Shown: piece after piece, positions 1 to 15,700 of the stretch
How positions within the stretch are numbered: position 1 is the first letter of the stretch
How the letters are laid out: every line of letters starts with the position of its first letter
From: Catajapyx aquilonaris
Taxonomy: Eukaryota
Assembly (NCBI GenBank): GCA_000934665.2
Contig: KZ537968.1
Coordinates: 124,001-188,000 of the forward strand
Reading direction: 5' to 3'
DNA: 64,000 nt
Program-made: the position numbers and the translations under genes
The notes under the pieces: model-generated
Database searches by the model: none
What the model saw: only the letters and a program-made list of their open reading frames with translations
Told to the model about the DNA's origin: nothing

Positions 1-3000
1 TTTGTCCTCCTTATGGGTTAGTGTGTGAGGAGTTTACTGTGACGATGATTTGGCATGAACGTCGTTCGCGTGCTGCATGATGTCGCGACCGATACGGTTG
101 TCGAGAGGCCGAGGGTCGCAGTAAGACATCAATAATGAGGAGGTCTGCATAATGCCACCAATGGAGTTCAAATGGGGCGAAATTATTACGTCGTTACAAA
201 AAATATGTGGGTATACCACATTATATCAATTTGTCATCTAACAACACAATTTTTCACAATGTTAATTATCAGCTCATTTCCTGCACTTTGAATTTTAAGA
301 CACTGTTAAATGTTCCTCCAAGATAATTATCCCGTCGTGAGTCGAAGCCTGTGGGTGTGAAATACGAGTTGGCTTAATGCCTATAAAAGTCTGAGGCTCA
401 GCATCCCAACTATGCTGCTCAGAGTCTCCTACATGCAGACCGAGCGACATTTCCTCTGGGCAAATCGGAAAAAGGAAATGACTTTGGGGAGGAGGACCGG
501 TTCGCAAAACTCTCACGGACACTTTTTGCCTTGGTTCGTGAAGCAATCCCGTAAGACCTTCTGGTGAATGGGGGTGGACTGTCTTTTGCTCACAGACTAG
601 TGATTGCAAGGCCGGTGGAAACATAATTGAATCACTTTTCTCGGTTACCATCTCGAGGGGCAATATACCCTGCCACTGGGAGTTTCATAATGATGCAAAC
701 TTGGAGGAACTGGCCATCATGTAGGAACGTCATTTGGGTTCCGAAACACCCTGCAACTCACGATGAATATGTGCATGTGGTGCGTGCGTAAGATGTAATC
801 GCAATCTGCCCCCGAGAGTGAGAACTGTATTATTGCAGTGTCACTGTACAAATGAAATGGGTATGTCGCTGCTGAATGATGGGTGGATGCTGCGGTTTGC
901 GAGCGTGCTTTTGCGGTATAATGGCACGCCTTGTATGGGGCATATTCATGGTATCACGGTCGGACACAATTCGCGTAAATGTGGGGCAGGCTGAGATGTT
1001 TACAGTGATGTAAGGGCGACCGTGGGGATCAGAAAATTTGTTGAAAGTAACTACTTATTTTGTAGAAATGACCGTCGACGCTGCAGGAGGTTCGTAATGG
1101 GCAGAATTAAAGCAGTGACATAGTGCTTATCATAAAACTTATCATGTCATCGAATTTAAGGTTGCAAATGTTTCATTTGTATATGGTGATATCATCTGAA
1201 ATATACAGAAAAATATTATTGTGCCAAATTGGTGCAGCTACAATAACACCCATTTTCACGTGCATGTAGGCTATATGAAAAGCAAAGATCAATTGCTTGT
1301 TTTGCAGATATTTGTGCAAAATGGAATTATGATTACGGATTAAGTCCAAAGTCCATCCCCATTCAGTGTAAAATTAATATTGTAAACTATCTAATCAATT
1401 TACGTGTTGAATTTTAAATTTGAGTCAAGCATACAAAATATCATTGATCTCATCAAACCAATATTTTTCTCTCTCTCGTCTCCTGTTAAATTTTTATTTG
1501 TTACATGCAATTCTAGTAAAATGGCCATCACATCATATTATAGCAGCGTAAATGGCTTGCATGGCATTGCATGATAAGGTAAATATCCTGAGCATGACGA
1601 CAATATTTTCGTATGACGCGTTTCAATACCGGTACATGATGTTCACATATAACTGACAAAGTGCACGTCGTGACTTAAGCAACGCAGATTTCGTCACTAT
1701 AGCCCTTGAACAATCTCGACTGTCGGAAATGCTGATTAATAATTCCACGACGCATCGTTTTAAATGCCACTTGCAATACAGCATAGATTTTTGTTGGTCT
1801 CCAACCAGATCTTTTCTTCCTCTGTTTTTGTTTTAGAGCGACTCTCACTCTCTCACTCCATATGTAGAAGTTACTGCGCCTATAAATTCACCCAAACCGT
1901 TAATCACCAAGGGCAAACGACCCAAGTCACATACTGTTACAGTCCATGGCGCATGCAACCCACGTGTCCCTCTACATCCTCGCAACATAAGCACTCCTGG
2001 AGGGCGATGTTAATAATGCATAACAAAGATTATGATGCACATCCTAAAGATCCGGTATGGCGCTCAAGCACATCACGTACCACTCTTACGAAACATAATG
2101 TATAAAAAACGAGCAATGTGAATCGGCACCCCCAAAATTCCAAGCAGATTCTGAAGCATGGATGAAAATCACAATCCAAGGAAGAAGCCACCCCCCTTCT
2201 CATCCTCATGTGACGTGACACCCTTGACCCCTTTCTCGCCCGGCAGAAGACAAAAGCTTATCCCAAAAATTAATACGTGAGAGTGCAAGGAAGAGTCCAG
2301 ACATGGATTGAACCACGAGCTGAGTGTCCAGTGGGGGACAAGGGGTCAAACCCTTCCCAAAAAATTCGGTGGCTGCCCAGCACCTAAGGGGACTTTCACT
2401 ACCCAAGCCCCAAAGCTTGTGAATGGTCCTTCCAAACAAGCGTCCTTCGGGTGCCTACTGCAAGGCTCGGCTTGGCTGACCTTCAAGGTTGTAAGGCCTT
2501 CTGCATCCCGCCGACAGAATATTATGGTTCACCTGCCCAGCTGCCCGTCCAGTAACATTGGGACTAGTGCTGGTGCGGACTTCCTGCAGGAGGCCGGAAC
2601 GGCCAATCTACATTTCCCTCTACTGTAAGTGTCACCTCTCTTAATTCTCGGCTATAGGGGGGCTTCTGACCTGACCGGCTTCGAAAGGGGTCAACGGACC
2701 TATTTCTGAGGCGGGAAGACTGCAAGTTTTACGGTATTCAATTTGCATCACACGTTCTCCAAAGTCGGTCATATACTTACACAACTGCGAATGAAGGAAA
2801 GTGAGATTTTTTCCAGTCCATGTTTCTATGCAACTTTGCAATACCATGATAATTGGGTATTATTTTTAGGATGAATTTTGATTTGACCTAGTGACCTCTT
2901 GGGTTTTTTGGGTAGGGTTTTTTGGTTCCACCATCCAGCGGTGGGCCCCCGCAGGGCTTGACGTTTCTCTCCAGCGGATCGGGGGAAAGTGTTGAGAGAA

Positions 3001-6000
3001 GGTGTAGAGGAGGTTGGGGTGGTGGGTAGGTACCACAAGAGAGGGCCCGGGAGAGTATCACACACCTTTCCAGAGCTAGGCCTACCACTATACAAGGCAG
3101 GACCACTTTCGCGCGCGTTCTTCGCCAGTGCAGTGCGTTTTTTTGCTTTGTTTTAAGATAATAATAATAAGGAGACAAAACCAATTTGAAAGATGCAGAA
3201 TGGTGGGATGTGTCGTGCGGGAGTGACCTTTCGACAACAATGAGTGTGCTTGTTGGGGTGACCATTGTGGCACGCAGGTGTCGAACGCGGCTTCTTCCTT
3301 CTCTATCAGGAAGACACTAGCATGGGAAGAGAACGAGGACACTTGCTGCTGCTGATCGCAGACACACGGTTTGTTTACATACGCTGTCGATTCTTCTTTG
3401 AGAAGTGGTGGTGGTGGTGGGGGAAGACATTTTTTTAAATGCGGGAAATGTCCAGTGAGATGTCGTGTAAGTGTAACTCGTATGCAGCATCGTCATATTG
3501 CCGAACTATTGACAGTAAAAGAGATCTTCAATTATTATTTATCTAATGTATATGTACACACTTATAATAATGCACGAAGACAGCAACAAAATGTGTAAAA
3601 ATATGCATTTTAGGGCATTATTTTGACCATTTATGCCACATATTATACACAAAATAATACTGTATATTATGCACAAAAGTGTGCATTTCGGTGCATAATT
3701 TTACACATGTAGGGTCCATGCTGCAAATGCATAGTGTGTAATAAAATTTGTGCATAATTTTACACATTTCGTGACATATACTACAGGCCAGAATTTAAGG
3801 TTTTAGGGACCAAACATTTCCTGTAAATATGAGTTGTTAAAACCAGGCCGTGTTGCAGACAGGCGTGAATATTTAATTGTTCAGAAATGGGCAATATTAG
3901 GCGTATTGTTCCCCACCTCTCGGCTAGAAAGTGAAATAATCTACGGACAAGCAGCAAGCATTGAGCAAGAAACATGCCAGGAAGTAAATTCCCCTGGCTC
4001 TGAAGGGGCGAGTTTGAAAGTTCCTTCCACCGAAAGGAGCCCCTAGGGGGTCTTGTGCAGGTGGTTTTATTATAAATTCCAGATAGCAACAAGCGGCGGC
4101 AGGCTGCCCCGGGTTCATGATGAGGTGTGACTCAATTTGTTTCAAAAAAAATAAAAGGCGTGGAATTTTTCTCGCCCCGGCGGACAAGCCAGCTAAGCCA
4201 CACGCTGTCGAAGCCATGACACCATAATTGCGGTCTTCGAAACGTGTCCCCACGCTTTAACATGAAAACAAAAATTTTTGAATGGGCGATTGTCCCACAT
4301 TCCGACGGAAAATATTCATTTTTCAACCTCCATGCATGTTCAATCCAAGGCTGCAATAATTGTTGAATCCGCACAGAAAAATATGCTGGCCATTTATTAG
4401 GGTCTAGGACTATGCCAGTTGGTGACGTCACTACTGGCATACGGCCAGAAAGGTCTGTGTCATCTCCACCATAGGACATTGTCCTGTGTCTTTAGCATGA
4501 TCGGTAAAACTATGGACAACAAAACCGGCATGAAAGCTAATCCATCCATGACTCTTTTTTTTGTTGAGTATTAATTATTAACGCTTGGACTGCTACCAGA
4601 TTTACTCGTTAATTAATAGGCCTGATAATATAGGAGCGTTACAGGTATCCTTGGAGGCGGTTAACATGTAGCAGTAATCAGGAAATGTGTAATTGTGTCG
4701 AACTGCGATAATTTACAGCCCCATAGTTTTTTCTGATATGAATTGCCGTCAATCTTACCTAGATGGCCTCCAGCTTCATAAGAATAGAATTTAATTGAGC
4801 CGCACCTATTGTTTGAGTCGCAAGCATAACGTGTGACTGTACAGTACACTTGTAATGCTATTGCCATCTGTTTCACCTTCAGCCTGGGCCAATTAACAGT
4901 CCTACAAAAAGTCGTAAGTTTTCTCACGCGTTTTACAGTCAAGTGTGTTGAGATTCACACAGGTTTTTCGTCCCATCAAAATTTAGGAGAGGTTGGTGGT
5001 GAGTGGGAGTTTGTTTGGTATGACGATGTGCTGCATTACAATGACGGCCCCATTAGCAACTTTGCTCACTGTTCACGCAAAATAGTCACTATTATCCTCG
5101 CCACTTATGTGGCCGTTTTATGTATTAAAATTACGTGAAAGCGAGACTTGTTTAAAAGCCAAAATATGTCGGTGTTGTTTACAAAGGGGGAAAGAAATGC
5201 AAAAGGCCATGGCTGTCGGAAGTGAAAATTTATAATTTTTCAACCCTTTATTACAGGCCATGTTACGCAAAATGGCTAGAATCGGATGTAGGTTTTAGGC
5301 ACAATCTTTATCGAGTGTCCCTCACATATTTGTTTGATTGTTGATTTACCAAAACAATAGCCTTTCAATCGTTTGGATACTCCTTTTGTGATGCTGTCAA
5401 GCGAATACAAAAACACATTATATCGGAAGGATTCCTTCTGTTAGTAAATTTGGCATTCTTCCATAAATGGCGCATCTTTGTTGGGCTGGCCGACTAATGA
5501 TTGGTGGGACAAGATGACCCAACCTTCACCCTTGCCTCTGCAGCTACCCTGTCACGTCCCCTCTCTTGTTGAGAAACGAAGTGGGACAACCTTACCTCCC
5601 CCTGCAAACTTTCACACATTTTTCCTCGTGAACCGTGTCTGTTATTTCAAGACATTCCACGTACGCACACGTAACGCACGCCTCTTTTGGAGCTCATATT
5701 ACGCCAAATTGTAATTCACAAAAATTCTCACTATACGAATAGATTCTTTGTTTTCTGCTTATTCTTTGTGAGAATCGCGGCGTTAAAAAAACATTAATCA
5801 AGGTCGACCCTCTTTTTTTTGCGAAGGTCAAATGAGCGAGAAATTAATGTGAAACGGAAAGCCATGTTATGTCAAAAAGTTTTTGCCTAACCGATTTAGT
5901 CTAATCAGATCAAACGTTGAGTAGTTTCTAGTGTACTTGAAGGTCACGGCTCGCCTTATTGCCAGACAGTGTCAATTTTACAAGCCAGACTACAAAGACA

Positions 6001-9000
6001 AAACACATTGTACCTGCCAATCAACAAAAAAACCATTAACTGCACATACATTAAAAAATTGGCAAAGCTCGCTCTGCACTGTTAACCTTGATCCTAACCG
6101 TAGAGAGTTTATCGAGAAATAACCGGATCAAATAATCACGCTTTCAACCATTGCATCATACCGCAATTGACCCCTGGTTGGACACCGGAAAAAGGGTGTT
6201 ACCCCTGAAGACAACCTCAGCGTCAAAGGCCTCTCTCAGGGTCAATCACCGTCCCCTTCTCCAAACCCAACATCAGTAGCCTTCGATGGTCACCAACCAA
6301 AAAATTAGGTCGATTCCAAACGGCTGCAAGGGCTTTTCCCCATACGAAAATTCCTTCTTCCTGTTACCACCAAGGTGACAGCACACTGAAAAAAAAGGAC
6401 AACGCAGTCATGGATCCAAACTTTGCACCCCAACTGGAGATAATTTTCCTTTCGTGGTCCTTTCGAGTGACCATGAGGAAAACTCCTTCCTGCTGCACTA
6501 ATTGCAAGCTAAGGCCAGACTGATTGAATAAGCGCGTTCGGAATTAGAACACCGTAACCTGGCCATGAATAGGTGCCATTGCATAGGATTTCTCGCTAGG
6601 TCCGTATCCGCCTGGACAAAAATTGCTGGAAAATTTGACGGCCGACTTCTTGGAGAAATGTTCACCATGACCTTCTAAGATCGGTATATCTAAGGTGCCA
6701 GTGCAAGTCACTTCATGCTGGAGACTTGTACGGGAGGATGGAGCAGCAACCTGTGACTCATTCCGATACCATGCAGCGATGCCCAGTGGCTATGCAATTT
6801 GAGATTCCTCAACCTAGTCATCTCTTTCAGGCTCTCATCAGTGATTTCATTTGTAAGGAATTCAGTCTGTTTTATGAGTCAATATGGGTCCCTACCAAAC
6901 TTAGGTTCATTTAAATCGTCAATACCCTCTGGGTACTCCAGTTGGTTCTCTGCAGGTGGGTGGCCGAGTCCCCTTTCTCTTCCTCAATGCCAATGCTAAA
7001 TTCCGATCGCATTGTGTTGGCTGCTTCGTCTTCGCCTCCCACTTGCCTCTGGCCTTTATCTTGCCTGGGAAAAACCGTTGACACGGATTGATTTGCCCTT
7101 GTCCATTGTATAGGGACTTCTGAATCAGCCGAGTTGGTCATTCCCTGTGTGCACACTGTTCTTTGCAGGAGGGAAGGGTCCGAAACTGCTCCTGGGGGTG
7201 TTGAGGCAAAGCATCTTCTCAGAGGTCACAAGCGAGGCCAAAAACATTAAGGGATTGCCCTTGAATGCTGTGAGGAAACTAAGGAGGAAACTAGCCATCC
7301 AGATATGTTATTAGATGATGGAGGTAGTCAGTAGCCTGGTTTTTACACTCGGATTAGTAATAATGTATGTTCTAAGTTATAATTAGAATCCCAACCATTA
7401 ATTGTAATCTCTGCTTGAAACACGTTGCACCATTGTGACAGACACTGCCTCCCATATGAGAAACACACCATCTTGATGCAATTTCCAAAATTAAATTTCA
7501 ACTCGTAGAAATTCTTGGCCCAAATCAAACGCGCCATAATATTCCAAAACCTTGAATGCTAATCGCCATAATCCCCCCACCTAAGAGGCCATACATATTT
7601 CGTCGAAAGGTCTTACCAGCCTCCCCCCGAAAAAAAATCCTCTCCAACTATGGCATCAGAAAGGCAACACAATATTTGTCAACTAACCAAAACTCGTCGC
7701 GTTATCCTTGGGCTTTTACAACCCGAATAGACCCCGTTGAGAAGACGACTGTGACATTTTGATCTACACGAAGACAAGACCATTCCCATGCAAGCAAAAG
7801 ATCGAAGCAATGGTTCCAGGGTCCTTGACATGCATGGATTGAACCCGACACCACGAAGACTATGACGTCCACAACCGCATATTTTTTCGTCTGTTCCTAG
7901 AGGTTAAAACACGGCCTTGGAGGTTGGTGGCTTGTGTGGTACCTTGGCCAATGCCCTTTGTAGGCCTTCGGGAAGACCCAAACTTAAAGGTCTTAAAATG
8001 TGTGGTCAGAAGAAAAGCCGACCTTGTAGGATCCGGGAGGGGCGGGTTACCACATTGTCAGGGACTCCAGATCGACTCTTGCGCAATATGACCATCGATG
8101 TCTTATGTCTTTTTTTTCTTCGAAATGGTCTTCTGCTTGTTGGGTGTGTATGTAACGTACATGACGTGCCACTTTCCATCGCATACCTGCCGCGTGACCC
8201 GATTCCTACAAGCCGATATTCAAGTCTCTCGGATACGGAAATTGAGAGACCTGCAGTGCTGTGACGTAGAGGAAGTTCTAGACATCAGAGAAAGCCCTCT
8301 CTCGATGGTAGGCCTCAAAAATCGTCCAACTAGGAAAAGGTAGTTTGATAGAATTGGNGGGGGGGGGAGAATATTATATTATCTATCTTGTTCTTCCAGC
8401 CGCTGGATTTTCTGGTTTTACAACCTGTTTGGAGCAAATGTGGTTGCTTTTTCGCGAGTTGTATCATTCGCCTTGTCGCGAGATGCTGCAATTTCATTGC
8501 CAACTGGATGTGTACACAATATTTTCGTAGTGGAAACATGGCAGGTCCAAGTCCTGCGACCGTGAGTGATTTAATGCTAAGGCGGCCTTTTCATGCTTTC
8601 ATCTGTTCCAAAACAGGTGATCGAACTGGTTAGAGCCAGGGGAAAGTGCGGCTAAATATATCCTCCTCTAACCATTAGTTTTATCACTTAAGTAAGCCAT
8701 CAATGTACCTAATTCTATGGCCTTGAGCTACCACACGCCCAGTACATTTTTTTGACCAATAGTTTCCGTAAGATTCTGTAACAAAAAAATGTAATTATTT
8801 CACAGTTTTTTTGTGCAATTACGCACATGTTTCATCTTCGTTACTCCCACCCCCAAAGAGAGGAATGACGTATATTGCAACAATTTAAGAATCCGGTTTT
8901 CAAGTTCTGCCGACACCGAAGCTGTATAAACTGGAATTTCTAGAAAACAGTAGCAATTCGGAAGTTGACATTTAGAATAAAGAAAGCTAAGGCGCCTGAA

Positions 9001-12000
9001 AACATTCTGAACCGCTAATTACGTGCCCAAATCTTTACACAACCATTGTTTATACCGTGGGGTCAATTTATCTTTATTACTCGGCTCATTAGTTATAAAG
9101 GAGCTCCCATTAAGGCCGTTTTGAAAATTAATAATGCCGAGTGAAACATCACATTGAGATCATCTTTCACTTTTTGTAACGCATTTACGTAAACTGTTTT
9201 CATATATTAAAGTAATAAGGTGAAGTCTTCAGAAATTATATGCCAAAGCTATTAGCTCCTGTCAGATACCAACTCTTTCACTAAGTTTTATTTCAATTAG
9301 AGTAATGCTTTCAGAAAACGGCTAATACATAGTGGCGATAGAGTGCAATTTTTTCAAGTTACAAAATAATGACGGTATCACGGTGGCTGAGCAACAGAAG
9401 TGACGCATTTTGAAAGTTTAAAATATCGTACTATTATTATGGCCAAATTTTTTGTAACTGCAGTAAATTCAGATGTGCAAAATTTTAATAATTTATGTTA
9501 GTTGCGGTGAAACTCCAGAGTAAAACGCGGAAAACGAATATAGCATTATTTGTAATTCTACTCATAAATATACCGTATATGGTATTCGGATTTGACAGGC
9601 TCCCAGTTGGAACAATAAAAGTGCTGAGGACAGTCATTCAAATCACCAAGTTTCACAAACAGCTTCCTGGCACTTAATTTCCAAAATTTAAGGCCACGTT
9701 TTCTCATATATGTTTGTCAAATTCGTATTCACCTCATTTTAACCCGCTTAAAATTGCCCGCAGCTATTTAACAAAAGGCTGTCAACAGCCACCAGCCATT
9801 AACCATTCTGAAAACCTCTTTATAAAGCAAATTCTGCAAGTAAGTGATAGTTCCAGCTTTTACAGCCCAGTGGCACACACAAACACCTACTATAATAACG
9901 AAGGCCGATTAGCAAATTCATTGCTGCACTTTGCGACACTTATTGAATAACTATAACATGCCCCAAGTTATAAAAAGCAGTTTACCTTTTGCCAACCTCC
10001 CCCGTAACACCACGAGGCTGTTACGCCCGAAATATCTGCCTACCTCCCATGACTTGCAACATAAAAATTGCCCAAATGGAATTCTGGAGTATGTGGGAAT
10101 ATTGTCTGGCAGTACATGGAGGGTGGTAGTGGTAAGATATTATATAAAAAATCCACAAAAGAAAAAGGGGTTGTGGCTGATACAAGGTCGTGTGGGCTCA
10201 GTATCCCTTGGGGCAAGGTCTTTTCGTCGTTTCTCTCGGAAAACCTGAGGTGGTGTAGTAGTATAGCAAGAGTCGACCACCTTCTAACCCCGGTCAGAAA
10301 GCTGATGGTCACTGGTCCCGAACCAGCGAACGTTGAGCCCTCGGTGGGGCCACTCCCAAATTGGTAGCCATGCAGACTTGTCCTCCACTTCTTTGGCCTC
10401 CGGTGGAATACTTCCGCTCGTGGTAAGTCCCCTCATGACGTCATATGGAGGAATACTTACGTCGCAAGGTCCAAGCCTGTTTGGATCCAAATATCACGGC
10501 CGACACTTTTTTTTGTTACTGGCCTTGCCATTTGTAGGTGCCATAAATCTAATTAGACTCTAACTCATAACTGTTTAAAAAAATTAAGGAATACTCGACA
10601 AAAAAGTTGGCCATGAATTGGAGCTAAATGTAGGCAGGAGTTTACATTGTGTGACATGATATGGTTGACCTTTTCCTTGTTTACATGCTTGGTATCCTGT
10701 TTCGAATTTGTTGACTGCGGATTATTTTAGGGACTCTTGTCATACATTGCCTTCTGGGAATACACACTTTTCTCAAATTGTCAATGGCCAGTAACCATAT
10801 AATTATAACAACCAGAACCTGCAGTAATAACCTAAACCACTTTAATATTCATTGCATGTTCTACATGTACTGTACTTTAAAAATATACCTGCATGACCAT
10901 CCATGAGAGCTGCATATTGCGCAAGTGCATAACACACGTCCCGTTATTAATTCTGCCCCATAATTAAGCCCGTTTAAGAAGCAAAAGGCATGAATTATCC
11001 GCATGTACTCCTTAGCCGGGATAACAAGCTGTCTTCCTCTACGCCAACGCACCTTACACCGTGCATATGATTACGGAATATCACGTCCCATTATCTGGAA
11101 ACAAACCTAAGTGTATCTAATAATTGGGTGGTGTTGCGAGGAGGGGCGGAGGGCAAAAATCCAACCCCTGTAGTTTTAGACAACTAGTTTGGGGGTCTGA
11201 TTATTCCACAACCAGCTACGCATGTTCGTCTGCCTTTTCACCAGTCCCCAAGAGCAAACCCGACGGAGAAAAACTGGCAAGCCTGAAGAACCGTACAGAG
11301 AGTTTGAAAGAGAGAGGCTTTCACTTTCTCCGAACTCTTGCTTGATGAACATACGCAGCTGACAGTGATAGTGAAATAAGAGTGACATTAAATCATAGAC
11401 GGACTGCAGCGTCATTCTGCTGCGGGGACACATTTAGAAACGTTGACAATCTATGTATGTACCGTTGGAAAGAAATGATAAAGCGAGTTACGTGCAGTCA
11501 GCTGAAGACTGGAGATGGTTGAGAGGCTGCGATGGGCATCTCTGAGTTGCCTGTGCATCCGAGTGTGTTACTGATAACGGTTTGCCAAAATTACGGTTGA
11601 CATATTTACGCATATGAAGCTTCATTATGCAAATATGTTTTAAACTGACTATATAGCCAATTGACGTCATGTTCAATTATTTATTGGTAATACCCACGCA
11701 CCGATATTTTGCCTTGGTACAACCTGGCCTAAATGTATACAGGTCACTTCGGCCGGTTTTTCCAGCAAGAAGAACACAGTTGACGTCACCATATTGGCTG
11801 TACATTTTTACAGCAATGTCATGGCCGCTGTTATGTTTAGGATTTGTGGTACCTGTCGGTAAGGACATTACCGGTGCATTTTATTTGTCAGGTCGTTTAT
11901 CTCTGAGCTTGATACCCCCGGTGTATATCTGTCCCCTACGGTGTCGAGGACTCAAATAGGCGAGGCCAGAGAAAACGCCGAAGCCACGGTGAAAGTGACA

Positions 12001-12359
12001 ACATACGACCTTTCTCTCTCCTTCTCTTTCTCTGATGTCACTGATAGCAATTTGGACCCGTTTCTTTTTTTGTGTGCGGCGACGTCTTGGCGATGGAGGC
12101 GGTGGATAATAGGATAGAGAACCGGACGCCGTACTATTAGAACCTTGAGTTGTACTAAAATGAAGTGCACGTTTTGTTGTCAGGATCCCGGAGCATATAT
12201 GTGACCGTGACTTCTCATTTCCATATGGCCACGCCTTATTACCTGTACAGTACAGGTCGAAGCGGATCTGTCGCTGTTACTTCTAGATTGATCCAGATCA
12301 GGATTTGGTTCCTGTTGCCCTTTCCGCCACGAAACAAGGAGTGGTCCGGCTGCAATTAT

Positions 12360-12720
12360 TGTGTCAACTTGCCTTATCATAAAATGATTGGAGCCCAATT
12401 TAGGTCATATTTTGGTTCATTAGTATGACCTTTACCTATTCCAGAAATTGTTTTGGAATCGTGTCGCTTTTAATATAAAAGTATATCCCAGGAATTATTA
12501 TTTTGTCAGCATAGCATTTGTAAAATTATTGTTCAAAAATCAGGTCATATTTTTGATCATTAGTATGGCTTTTACCTATGCCAGAAATTGCAGCTTTTAA
12601 TATAATACTAATGCAAATCCCACAAATTATTTTGTCAACAATTTGTAAAATTATTAGTCCAAAAATCAGGTCATATTTCAGCTCATTAGTGAGACCTTTA
12701 CCTACTCCACATATTGCATG
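12360..12720. repeat. Degenerate tandem repeat, about 3 copies, period 126-140 bp
   Basis: The core aggtcatattt...tcattagt..g.c.tttaccta..cca recurs at 12402, 12542 and 12668; atttgtaaaattatt recurs in the spacers. Confidence 0.8.
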
Positions 12721-15700
12721 TAGTTTTAAAAAATATGGTAAAAATACAGCATGCGAAAGGAATCCAGAGTGTCCATTTGATTTTGAAAGTTACCTAAAAT
12801 AAAATAATAAATTGGTGCATATAGGTCGGACGCTAACGATCCACACTAATAATATCAAATATTTTTTTTGCTCGCCTATTTTCCACGAAAGAAAATGGAG
12901 TGGAGACACGAACGTTGCCACTTATTGCTGCTGACATGATTATTTTCAGAGTCCTTGCTTTCATAATTTTCTGTGGATTAGACCCATTATTGGAGGCTCA
13001 TTGTGTGGGATTGCACAAGAGAGAGAATGCGATTCATCAAGTGTGACGTTCTAAATTATGTCAGCTGCTGGTGTTGGCTTTCACGCACTTGTGCTGCTGT
13101 TGACCAGAGTTCTTCTTGTGCAACTAAAGAATGCAGTGCAGTCCCATAACAATCCCGAACAACATCAACTTATTTCCACATTTTTCATGCGGCCCACACA
13201 TAAATCCTAATTGTTGCACTACTCGAACCAATTGCAACCGTTTAATGGAAGAGTGGTGCAACTCGAATTAACTTCATTTTTTTAAATCGTCGACTATGCT
13301 ACAATCAACACCGCAAGGAATTTGTTCTAGATATAAAATAAGGCCCTTTGCGGTTAGTTTAGTAGGTCACTTCTCATTTCATTTGTGAGGCTCGTTGAGC
13401 ACAACCTTTCATTATATCCACCAGCTAGGAACATCGGCGGCTGCGGCTACGTGATAACATTAACTAATAGTCCTCACAAGAATCACGGTAGCAAATTCCT
13501 TACCTTTTTTGCCTCCAGTACATTTTATGCGCGGCTTTCACTCAATTAAAAAGTCACCGAGATATATCCTTGGGGCTATGATGTGATTTACACAATGGAC
13601 TTTAAAACATAGGTGCTTGGGTAGGCTTAATTGCAAAATGAACTGTGTTATTTTTCTTTAAAACCCCTCTCCATGAACATGTTTTTGTGCAAGGAAAGGC
13701 GTGGTTTTTAGCCCAAATATAGCTCAAGTGTGAAGCATCCTAGCAAAAGGGCACATATGTAAATTATTCAAAAAGTTGCTAAATAAATGCGGCATTGTTT
13801 TGCGCGTCCAGCTCAAGGCTAATATACAAGTGTCAGCATGCAATATATGGGCAAAAACTAACCCAGAAATTAAGGTCTGGTTTTATCAACTCAGATTAAG
13901 GATAAAATATCTGATTGCATTATGAACATTTATGTGCACGAATGGAAATTTCTCTTATAATTTGTGGTTGATAAAACTGGTCGTAAAGTGGACAAAATTG
14001 TATATGCAGTTTTTTTATTATGATGAATTTGAATGTATTTTATATCCTTCACGCCTCTAAAGTTTATTTATTTTTTAATTAAGGTTTTTGAAAAGGACAA
14101 TATTTCTTTAGCTAAAATTTTCACGAATATCACAGTTTCATGTCCACTTGTGTCATTTTTCTCACACTATCTGGTGGTTACAATAAGTGTCTCAATGCTC
14201 GACTACATTGCGCATATCTCTCTCTAAGGGACACTAGTATCATAATTGTTCGTCTGGTTTTCGCGGTTGGATTCGCGGTCAGTCTGCAGTCACGCGTGCG
14301 GTCACCATTGACATCTCGTTTTGAGTCCCCGGATAGAGAGGATCGCAATGTCGGAGGCCAACCACCGTGGAAAAATTCAATAAGTGACATGTCCCTTGCA
14401 ACACCAAGTCGCATTCGATATGCCCTGGCTAAATCGAATTCCACTTACGAGAATCCTTTCATTTGCGGTCGGTGTTTGTCAGGCAGACTCAAATCGACAA
14501 TAGGGCCCGCCCGTTACGCCACCTTTGTGCCGCCCAGTGTGGCAAAAATGCCTCTTGTTGAACCTTAAAGGTTCAGTACTTGAAATCCAATTTAAAATCG
14601 GGGCCGTTGCGGACAATCCGTTCCGCACGTTACGACATTTTATTTTCCCACCTTTTTCGTACATTCTTATATGTAAAAAAAAAAAATTTGAGCGGAGTTG
14701 CGCCAGCTGTCATCACATGGTTAATGATCACCCTCATAGAAAACCGCGTCAGATGTTGCATAACAAACATGCATGCTGTCATGCAAGAGACAACAAACGG
14801 TAAACAAGCTCAAACGTCCTTGCCCCGGCCTCTGACTCCCCTTATGCCTCTCAACCGTATATCATGGCACTGGGATTGCCCACTGTCAATACCACACCTC
14901 ACCTTCTGAGATGACCAACTACGAATAGAGGTTAATGGCTTTTGACATTTCGTGCAGCGTTCACTTACACGTTAGCATTTAAATTGTACAGAGTTTGGCA
15001 AAAATTCCGAAGAGGGCAATAAAATATCAAACAGCTTCAGTTTTTTTCGAACATGATACCCTTCGTGAAACCGCAGTAATAACTAGCATTGTATAGTGTA
15101 GGCTACGCCCGAGAGTGGAGGTGCTGGAGTAAAAAAGAATGTGGGTTACTCAACAGTTTTTGAACATATCAAATTGACGGAATTGTACCTCCTTAGTTTT
15201 CTCTGTGGCGGAAGCTTTATAAGGGGAGGGTTTTGCACTTCAGAAAACGTGAGGAAAGCAATTTGAGGTCGCATTTCCCTTCCGTGATCTAGTGGACCAT
15301 TCCATGATAACAGGGAGCAAGGGATTCACTTTTTATCAGCACCTTATCTGTTGAAAATCGCACCCGTCACACCGAATACTTTCTGATGTTATAAAACCGA
15401 CGTAACATGTTATGCCCACGTTTCTTACAGTGAATCTGAGTACGTGAGGCTGTTCATGAGGGTGGAAATAAAAAAGTCGAGCAAATTGTGTAACAATAGT
15501 TGACCAGGTTATATTTGTGGATCTGAGCGAATGGTGTTGCATTGTCAGTATGTAAATTTGAGCAAAAAATTTCTACACTTCCGACACATTTAGTGACATT
15601 TGCACAGGAAGTTGGACAATGGGTGTCGACCATGTTCCTCTCATACCGAAGTGCACATATCATTCGAGAACTTTCGGAGAATTCCTTGCAATCATGCTTT

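Noticed and set aside
295..3342. ORFs of 60-125 aa at the left end, checked as possible DUOX or other exons
   Set aside because: No peroxidase, EF-hand or NOX motifs, and no other family recognised.
3691..3767. 18-bp direct repeat gtgcataattttacacat, two copies
   Set aside because: Only two copies in AT-rich sequence; not a CRISPR-like array or a TSD-bounded element.
8356..8368. Ambiguous base (n) in a G homopolymer
   Set aside because: Sequencing or assembly uncertainty, not a biological feature.
9931..10563. Several overlapping ORFs on both strands
   Set aside because: No recognisable domain, no consistent splice model and no transposon motifs.
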